From positions 1 through 36,138 of the forward strand of contig CAZSTA010000010.1 of assembly GCA_964609495.1 (NCBI GenBank): a stretch of 36,138 bases of DNA, read 5' to 3'. Below are positions 29,221 through 36,138 of the stretch, one piece after another (positions within the stretch are counted from its first letter, which is position 1; the number at the start of each line of letters is the position of its first letter). The notes under the pieces were generated by a model. The model had not been told where the DNA came from and did no database searches. It saw only the letters and a list, made by a program, of their open reading frames with translations. The position numbers were made by a program, and so were the translations under genes. Source of the stretch: an uncultured bacterium. GTDB lineage: Bacteria; CAZSTA01.

Positions 29221-30066
29221 ATGCGACAAGTTGATTTACATATTCATACTCTCGCCTCTGACGGAACTTATACTCCTGAAGAGGCGGTAAAGCAGGCTTA
29301 TGAGTTGGGTCTTGCGGGGATCGGCATATCTGATCACGATGCGATCGAATCGATAGCTCCAGCTATCGAGTTTGGAAAGGTATATGGAGTGGAAATAATA
29401 CCGGCTATCGAGCTATCGACCGATATTGAGGGTAAAGAGGTCCACATATTAGGATATCTGATAGATTATGAGGGTGAAGAGTTAAAAGCTAAACTTGAAG
29501 AGAGAAAAGTATCGAGATATAATCGGGCAAAGAAGATGGTTGCTAAACTAGGCGAATTGGGATTTCCTCTCGATTGGGAGAAAGTGAGAGGGTCCGATCC
29601 TGATCAAGCTTTGGGACGCCCTCATGTCGCTAGAGCGATGATAGAAGCAGGATATGTTAAAAACATGGGAGAAGTTTTTTCCAAATATATCGGGGTCGAT
29701 GGTCCTGCCTATGTACCCCACCAGAGGCTAACTCCCGCAGAGGCGGTGAAGCTAGTGCTAGAGGTCGGAGGACTTCCGGTGTTAGCTCATCCTGGATGTG
29801 GAAGTGGCGGAGAGATCATCGAGGAATTGGTAGAGGCTGGTTTAGTAGGAATCGAAGCTTTCCATTCCAGACATACCCCTTCGATCACAGATTATTATCT
29901 GGAAGTAGCGGCTAAATATTCTCTGCTAGTTACTGGGGGATCGGATTGTCATGGCCCAGGAGAAGGTCGAGAAATTTTGATGGGGAAAGTAACTGTTCCC
30001 TATTCTACGGTGGAGAAGATGTATCAAATGAAAGCGAGTATCTTCGCTGAGAGTTTAAGGGCATGA
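29221..30066 (+). CDS. PHP-domain metal-dependent phosphoesterase (TrpH/YciV-like)
   Basis: DLHIHTLASDG, SDHD, GRPHVARA, LAHP and TGGSDCHG motifs. Start moved to the ATG at 29221 after GGAGG. Confidence 0.92.
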   Translation: MRQVDLHIHTLASDGTYTPEEAVKQAYELGLAGIGISDHDAIESIAPAIEFGKVYGVEIIPAIELSTDIEGKEVHILGYLIDYEGEELKAKLEERKVSRYNRAKKMVAKLGELGFPLDWEKVRGSDPDQALGRPHVARAMIEAGYVKNMGEVFSKYIGVDGPAYVPHQRLTPAEAVKLVLEVGGLPVLAHPGCGSGGEIIEELVEAGLVGIEAFHSRHTPSITDYYLEVAAKYSLLVTGGSDCHGPGEGREILMGKVTVPYSTVEKMYQMKASIFAESLRA

Positions 30067-31415
30067 GGAGCAAAGCAACGGTTATAACCTATGGATGTCA
30101 GATGAATAAACGAGATTCGGAGATCCTCTCTGGCCTATTAGCCGAGATGGGTTACGAGTTAACCAAAGATCTGGAGGATTCCGACTTAATTTTGATAAAT
30201 ACCTGTTGTGTGCGAGAGAACGCGGATAAGAGAATCTATGGGCGAATAGGGTCTTTGAAACGTTTGAAGGATAAGAACTCAGAGTTGATCATGGGAGTAT
30301 GTGGATGTCTGGCACAAAAGGATAAGGAATTTATGGCTCGGCGCGCCCCTCATATCGATCTGGTATTGGGGACTTTTGGCTTCTCTCAGCTTCCTCATCT
30401 CATCGAGAAGATCAAGCGGGACCGTCAACAGATAGTTGCTTGCTGGGATAAGGAGGAAGGAGAGCCACTCGAATCGATATCGAGGCGGGAGGATGATCTT
30501 AAAGCTTGGGTCTCGATAGTCTATGGATGTAATAATTTCTGCTCCTATTGTATAGTTCCTTATGTTCGAGGGAGGGAGAGGAGTCGCCCGCAGAAAGCTA
30601 TTATTCGCGAGGTGGAGGAATTAGCAGATAAAGGCTATAAAGAGATTACACTTTTGGGACAGAACGTAAACTCCTACAGGCGCGATTTAGAGGGGAAGCC
30701 CGCCTTTGCTGATCTATTATATTCTCTTAACGAGATAGAGGGTGTGGAGAGATTTAGATTTACCACTGCTCACCCGCGCGATGTTCCTGATAAGTTAATA
30801 TATGCGATGAGGGATTTGCCCAAAGTCTGCGAACACTTTCACTTACCTCTACAATCTGGTTCTGATCCTATACTAAAGGCGATGAATAGAGGATATACGA
30901 CCAGCTATTATCGAGAGCTAGTCGATAGGATACGTAAGGAGATCCCAGATGTAGGTTTAACCACCGATCTAATTGTAGGTTTCCCCGGAGAGACGGAGGA
31001 ACAGTTTTAGGAATCGTTAGAATTCATTCTTCAGATCGAGTTCGATTCCGCTTTCACCTTTGCCTATTCCCCTCGTTCTGGAACTGCCGCCGCGGCTATG
31101 GAGGATTCGGTTCCTCCCGAAGTTAAGCGGGAGAGATTACATAAGCTGATCGAGATGCAGAATGAGATCAGTTACAAGGTCAATCAGCGAAGAGTAGGAA
31201 CTGTGGTCGAGATAATGGTTGAAGGTGTTAGTGAGAAAAATCCCAATAGACTGATGGGATTGAGTAGGGAGAATAAAGTAGTTTTATTCCCTGCTAAGAG
31301 AAGAATAGAGAGTGGGAATTGGAGATCAGGAAAACTTCCTGCGAGAGGGGATATCGTAAAGATCAAGGTCGCTGAAGCTAGAGCTTGGACGCTATATGGG
31401 GATATAGCGAGTTAG
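30063..31415 (+). pseudogene. miaB: tRNA-2-methylthio-N6-dimethylallyladenosine synthase MiaB, interrupted by one in-frame TAG at 31008-31010 (nonsense allele, sequence error or readthrough)
   Basis: TYGCQMN, NTCCVRENA, CNNFCSYC and LLGQNVNSY motifs. The reading GFPGETEEQF*ESLEF..FTFAYSPRSGT continues in frame into ORF 31098..31415 (TRAM domain). Confidence 0.9.
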
Positions 31416-31483
31416 GTTGGATTAGAGTCGATCTGATCGGTAATGTCAGTTCCTAGAAATCAGTGTTTTTATCAGGATAACGC

Positions 31484-31512
31484 TTGTCGTTTTCGGAGTT
31501 TTATGATAAAAT
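31484..31512 (+). promoter_or_regulatory. Candidate mutS promoter
   Basis: TTGTCG-N17-TAAAAT with an extended -10 TG. Confidence 0.55.
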
Positions 31513-31587
31513 TAAGGTCAAGATATCTCATAGAGGAATTGTATATCGGATTTGCGATCGATAGAATAGCATCGGAGGTCAACCAAG

Positions 31588-34233
31588 ATGCCGCAATTGA
31601 CACCAATGATGCGTCAATATATGAAAGTAAAACAGAAATATCCTGATGAACTTCTCTTCTTCCGTATGGGAGATTTCTATGAGATGTTCTTCGAGGATGC
31701 CAAGATCGTATCTAATGAGCTCGATATAGCTTTAACCTCTCGGAATCAGGGAAGTAAGGAACCGATCCCGATGGCAGGCGTCCCCCATCACTCAGTGCAG
31801 ACCTACATCGCTAGGCTAATCAAGAAGGGCTATCGGGTTGCCCTTTGCGATCAGGTTGAGGACCCTAAGTTGGCACGAGGATTGGTCAGACGAGAGGTGA
31901 TCAGGATTATCACCCCCGGGACGGTGTTAGATGATATATCTTTAGAGAAGGGGAGTAATAACTTCCTCCTCTCGCTTTCCCGTTCTAGCTCTGGGAATAG
32001 TATAGGGGTCGCTTTCATTGATATATCTACTGGCGATTTTCTGGTGACTCAATTTGAGGGAGAAGACGCTCTCGATAAGCTATTGATCGAGATCTCGCGC
32101 TTTCGTCCCTCGGAGTGTTTGATACCTGCTTCGTTAGTGGAGGATGAAGGTTTTCTCCGCTCTCTTAAAGATCAGTCCGATATGCTCCTTACCCCACGCA
32201 AGGATTGGTCATTCTCGCTAGAGAAGGGACGAAAGGAACTTCTTGATCACTTCCACACTGTATCCTTAGAGGGATTCGGATGTGAGAATCTTCCTCAAGC
32301 TATCTCGGCCGCAGGAGCCGCTTTGGAGTATGTGCAAGAGACGAGTCGTTCTTCCTTAATTCATATAAACCAACTCCGCACTTATTTTAACACCGATTAT
32401 CTCATACTAGATTCAACTACCCAACGTAACTTGGAGATTACCCATAATATCAGGGATAATTCCCGCCGAGGAACATTACTTGAGATAATTTTGCGAACAG
32501 TAACTGCAATGGGGAGTCGCCTTCTCCACCATTGGCTCTTACAGCCGCTCTGGGATGTGGAGGAGATTCGGAAGCGACAGGACGCAGTTGAGGTCTTCTA
32601 TCAGGATGTCTTTTTGAGACAGGACTTGAGAGAATTACTGAGAGGAGTATCCGATTTACAAAGGTTAGTCGGTAGGATATCCTCAGGAAATGCTAATGCG
32701 CGAGATCTCGTCTCCTTGAGAGATTCGTTGAAGCAGATACCCAAGTTAAGAGCCTTATTAAGTAGAGTCCCCACCACGCTCTTACAATCCCTAGCGGAAC
32801 AATTAGATGAGGTTGGAGAGGCTATATCCATAGTTGATAGGGCGATTGAGGAAGAGCCACCGTTGGCTCTGCAAGAGGGGGGGTTGATCAGGAGGGGATA
32901 CAATGAACAATTGGATGAGATACGCGATTCGATCCATGATAGCAAGGAGTGGATCGCTAGTCTTGAGAGCAGAGAGCGGAAGAGAACAGGGATCAAGAAT
33001 CTAAAAGTTGGCTTCAACAAAGTCTTTGGCTATTATATCGAGGTGACGAAATCCAATTTGAGAATGGTCCCCGATGATTATATCCGCAAGCAGACGCTCG
33101 TCAATGCCGAGCGATTCATCACCCCACAATTGAAGGAATACGAATCGAGGGTTCTGGGGGCGGAAGAACGTATCAATACGATGGAGTATGAGCTATTTGT
33201 GGAGGTTAGAGAGAATGTTGCTCTATATACGGAGAGGATTCAGAGAACCGCTGGGGCTTTAGCTCAACTGGATGTTCTCTCCGCTCTAGCGGAAGTCGCG
33301 GTTGAGAATGATTATGTAAAGCCCGAAGTCAATGGAGATGACAAGATAATCATCAAGAGGGGCCGCCATCCGATGGTGGAGAGGTTTATAGGTCGAAATG
33401 GATTCATCCCTAACGATGCTTATATAGATAATGAGGAGAGGCGCCTAGTAATCGTAACTGGGCCAAATATGTCGGGTAAATCCACCTATCTTAGACAGAT
33501 AGCGATAATAGTTCTGATGGCTCAGATGGGAAGCTTCGTTCCCGCGGATCAGGCTACGATCGGGGTAGTAGATCGTATCTTCACCCGCGTGGGGGCTTAT
33601 GATGATCTGACGATGGGGCAAAGCACCTTTATGGTCGAGATGAATGAGACTGCGAATATCCTTAATAATGCTACCTCGAGAAGCTTGATCATTCTTGATG
33701 AGATCGGAAGGGGGACAAGCACCTTCGACGGTCTCTCGATCGCTTGGGCGGTCGCGGAATACATTCATCAGCAGAATAAGATCGGAGCAAAGACCCTCTT
33801 TGCTACTCATTATCATCAACTAACGGAATTAGAGGAGCTCTTGCCGGGGGTGAAAAATTGCCATATCTCCATCGTGGAGAAGGATGATGAATTGATCTTC
33901 ATTCGCGAGGTGGTCGATGGCCAGTCGGATAGAAGTTATGGGATTCAAGTTGCTAAGCTAGCCGGACTTCCCGAGGAGGTGATCGGGCGAGCCAGCGATA
34001 TCCTCAAGAAACTGGAGGAGGAAGCCGCGATCGATGTGAGATATGAAAGGTCTCGCTCGAAGGGGAGACGATCTAGGGCTAGAAAATCAACAACTGATAC
34101 TGGACAGTTACCGCTCTTCACCGCTGCTCCCGATCCGATAATTGAAGAGCTGAAGAGAATGGATGTTACGAATATGACGCCGCTTGAGGCTCTAAATAAG
34201 CTATATGAATTGAAGAAGAAGGCTAGCGATTAA
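31588..34233 (+). CDS. mutS: DNA mismatch repair protein MutS
   Basis: TPMMRQY, FRMGDFYEMF, TGPNMSGKSTYLRQ, STFMVEM, DEIGRGTST and FATHYH motifs. Confidence 0.99.
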   Translation: MPQLTPMMRQYMKVKQKYPDELLFFRMGDFYEMFFEDAKIVSNELDIALTSRNQGSKEPIPMAGVPHHSVQTYIARLIKKGYRVALCDQVEDPKLARGLVRREVIRIITPGTVLDDISLEKGSNNFLLSLSRSSSGNSIGVAFIDISTGDFLVTQFEGEDALDKLLIEISRFRPSECLIPASLVEDEGFLRSLKDQSDMLLTPRKDWSFSLEKGRKELLDHFHTVSLEGFGCENLPQAISAAGAALEYVQETSRSSLIHINQLRTYFNTDYLILDSTTQRNLEITHNIRDNSRRGTLLEIILRTVTAMGSRLLHHWLLQPLWDVEEIRKRQDAVEVFYQDVFLRQDLRELLRGVSDLQRLVGRISSGNANARDLVSLRDSLKQIPKLRALLSRVPTTLLQSLAEQLDEVGEAISIVDRAIEEEPPLALQEGGLIRRGYNEQLDEIRDSIHDSKEWIASLESRERKRTGIKNLKVGFNKVFGYYIEVTKSNLRMVPDDYIRKQTLVNAERFITPQLKEYESRVLGAEERINTMEYELFVEVRENVALYTERIQRTAGALAQLDVLSALAEVAVENDYVKPEVNGDDKIIIKRGRHPMVERFIGRNGFIPNDAYIDNEERRLVIVTGPNMSGKSTYLRQIAIIVLMAQMGSFVPADQATIGVVDRIFTRVGAYDDLTMGQSTFMVEMNETANILNNATSRSLIILDEIGRGTSTFDGLSIAWAVAEYIHQQNKIGAKTLFATHYHQLTELEELLPGVKNCHISIVEKDDELIFIREVVDGQSDRSYGIQVAKLAGLPEEVIGRASDILKKLEEEAAIDVRYERSRSKGRRSRARKSTTDTGQLPLFTAAPDPIIEELKRMDVTNMTPLEALNKLYELKKKASD

Positions 34234-34303
34234 CTAGCCAAGATGAGACCAGATCAAGGTATTAATCCCTAACTTTACAATTGTTTTCCTCTCAATAATA
34301 AGC

Positions 34304-34328
34304 AAGTCAGGCTTGATAAACCTGACTT
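34304..34328 (-). terminator. Hairpin between the convergent mutS and sugar permease genes
   Basis: Minus strand aagtcaggttt-atc-aagcctgactt forms an 11-bp stem with one G-U pair. Confidence 0.55.
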
Positions 34329-34358
34329 ATAGAATATCAAAATATAAAATTATCGAAA

Positions 34359-35201
34359 CTAACCCTTCAATCCGGTTAAAGTTATACCCTTAACAAATTG
34401 CTTCTGGACAAATAGGAAAACTAATAGAACAGGAAGGACAGCCATCGTAGTTCCAGCCATAATAAGGTGTTGCCTAGGCCCCCCATAAAATTGATCGAAC
34501 ATCATCAACCCTAGAGGTATAGTTTTCATCTCCAACCTATTTATCACGATAATTGGCCACAGGAAGGAATCCCAGCTCCACATAAAGATGAATATAGACA
34601 GAGTCCCTAAAGCGGCCTTGGAGAGAGGAAGGATGATCCTCCAATATATTCTGAACTCTGAGCAACCATCGATCCTGGCCGCATCAAGTAATTCATTGGG
34701 GATGTTCATAATAAATTGTCTCATTAAAAATATCCCAAAGGCGCTGTTAAGACCAGGTATTATCAAAGCCCAATAGGTATCAATTAGGCGAAATCTTCTC
34801 ATCATAATGTAAAAGGGGATCAGGGTCACTTGAAAGGGGATCATCATCGTGCTTAACACGATTATGAAAAATTTATCCCGGGCGAAGAAATCATATTTGG
34901 CGAAAGCGAAACCAGCCAAGGAACTAGTAAAGACACAGCCGATGGTTACTGTTGAAGCAACGAGCAAGCTGTTGAAAAAGAAGCGAAGGAAGGGAACATC
35001 GTTGAATACTGTAGGGTAGTTGGTCAGAGTTGGCTTTTCTGGAATCCAAACTGGCGGAAATTTATAGACGTCTTCGGGCCGCTTAAAGGAGGTAGATATC
35101 ATCCAGGCAAAAGGAGCCATCATTATAACGATTAGAAATAACATAAATAAGTATAAGAAGGACTTGCTTAGAAGATTTGATACAGATATTTTTCTATTCA
35201 T
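34359..35201 (-). CDS. Carbohydrate ABC transporter permease (MalG-like)
   Basis: EAA-type motif ELLDAARIDGCSEFRIYWRIILPL and WDSFLWP; multiple TM segments. Confidence 0.95.
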   Translation of the reverse strand: MNRKISVSNLLSKSFLYLFMLFLIVIMMAPFAWMISTSFKRPEDVYKFPPVWIPEKPTLTNYPTVFNDVPFLRFFFNSLLVASTVTIGCVFTSSLAGFAFAKYDFFARDKFFIIVLSTMMIPFQVTLIPFYIMMRRFRLIDTYWALIIPGLNSAFGIFLMRQFIMNIPNELLDAARIDGCSEFRIYWRIILPLSKAALGTLSIFIFMWSWDSFLWPIIVINRLEMKTIPLGLMMFDQFYGGPRQHLIMAGTTMAVLPVLLVFLFVQKQFVKGITLTGLKG

Positions 35202-35213
35202 TATACCACCTCG

Positions 35214-36110
35214 TTAGTATATTATCTCACCCTTGAATACCTTCAGTTGGACGAGGGTTAGTCCTAACAAGATCAAAAATAGTATGTAAGCCATAGCGGA
35301 AGCCTCGCCCATACGATAAAAGCGAAAACCTGTGAAATATATCTGCATAACTAAGGTTTTACTTGAGTTCCCAGGACCTCCTTGAGTAAGCACATAAGTT
35401 TGGGTGAATATCTGGAATGCTCCGATCACCTGAGTCACCAATATGAAAAGGGTGGTATTTTTCAAAAGAGGTAGAGTAATATGCCAAAGCGCTCTCAATG
35501 GCGTAGCTCCGTCTATTTTCGCCGCTTCATAGTAAACCTCTGGGATTCCAACTAGTCCCGCGACGAATATTATCATAACAAATCCCAGCGATTTCCATAG
35601 AGTCATCAGTATTATTGAATCCATCACTATCTTAGGATCAGTCAGCCAGTTATAAGGCCCTATTCCTATCTTCCCTAGCACATAGTTAAACACTCCGAAC
35701 GAGGGCTGATATAGCCATTTCCATACGATGGATATAGCTACCATAGATGTAACTACTGGAGCGAAACAAATATATCTCATCAGTAGTCTGAATCTACCAG
35801 GCAATTTCTGGAGCATCAAAGCTAAGATCAGACCTAGTATGATCACCGAGGAGACATAGACGAGGGTGAAATAGGTTGTATTCCACAAACAGATATGGAA
35901 AACAGAGTCTTTCAGCACATGTATATAGTTAGCCAGACCGACAAAAGATCGACTTCTTGCGACCAAATGCCAGTTGGTAAAGCTGATATAAAAGGCAAAT
36001 AGAACCGGAAATAGAACTAGAATTAGTATCGACAGCATAGGAGAGCTTATAAAGAGATATGGCGCTAAATTACGTTTAATTGCTTTGCGTAATCTTCTCG
36101 GAAGTTTCAT
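35214..36110 (-). CDS. Carbohydrate ABC transporter permease (MalF/UgpA-like)
   Basis: YYEAAKIDGA..WHITLPLL and LTQGGPGNS motifs; AAGGAG SD upstream. Confidence 0.95.
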   Translation of the reverse strand: MKLPRRLRKAIKRNLAPYLFISSPMLSILILVLFPVLFAFYISFTNWHLVARSRSFVGLANYIHVLKDSVFHICLWNTTYFTLVYVSSVIILGLILALMLQKLPGRFRLLMRYICFAPVVTSMVAISIVWKWLYQPSFGVFNYVLGKIGIGPYNWLTDPKIVMDSIILMTLWKSLGFVMIIFVAGLVGIPEVYYEAAKIDGATPLRALWHITLPLLKNTTLFILVTQVIGAFQIFTQTYVLTQGGPGNSSKTLVMQIYFTGFRFYRMGEASAMAYILFLILLGLTLVQLKVFKGEIIY

Positions 36111-36138
36111 TTTTCGCTCACTCCTTTAAGATAAGGGG

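Noticed and set aside
31098..31415. Stand-alone TRAM-domain gene
   Set aside because: It is the in-frame continuation of miaB, starts at an internal Met and has no SD.
288..34776. Other short overlapping or antisense ORFs in the track (e.g. 2770..3078, 23729..24154, 27902..28372, 31443..31646, 32601..33020)
   Set aside because: They are shadows of well-supported genes, with no recognisable motifs.
202..36110. Genome-wide TAG reassignment (alternative genetic code) to explain the miaB stop
   Set aside because: Many genes end in TAG at their expected C-termini, and the other long conserved genes have no internal TAG.
1..36138. CRISPR array, tRNA/rRNA, integrase or transposase genes
   Set aside because: No regularly spaced direct repeats, cloverleaf or rRNA-like segments, or mobile-element ORFs were seen. 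Nearly all of the sequence is accounted for by housekeeping genes.

Overview
A bacterial housekeeping region with a Terrabacteria/Bacillota-like gene order. On the minus strand at the left: a URO-D-family gene, rpmA and rplU. A divergent promoter pair leads to a long plus-strand run: rimP-nusA-ylxR-infB-DUF503-rbfA-nrnA-truB-ribF-rpsO-pnp, uppP-ftsK, a BMP-family nucleoside-type ABC transporter (4 genes), rodZ-rimO-cinA-thpR-recA-recX-rny, PHP-miaB and mutS. Two convergent sugar ABC permeases close the window. I saw no CRISPR array, RNA gene, prophage or transposase, and I cannot support a wholly new multi-gene system. The notable signals are small-scale: an in-frame TAG inside an otherwise intact miaB; an RNase J gene collapsed to about 220 nt of ordered motif fragments between pnp and uppP; further gene relics (a BMP paralogue, a possible methyltransferase); recX apparently starting at ATC; a divergent FtsK gamma domain; a BoxC/REP-like inverted doublet; and 7-nt periodic tracts. 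Family assignments come from recognising motifs by eye, not from database searches.
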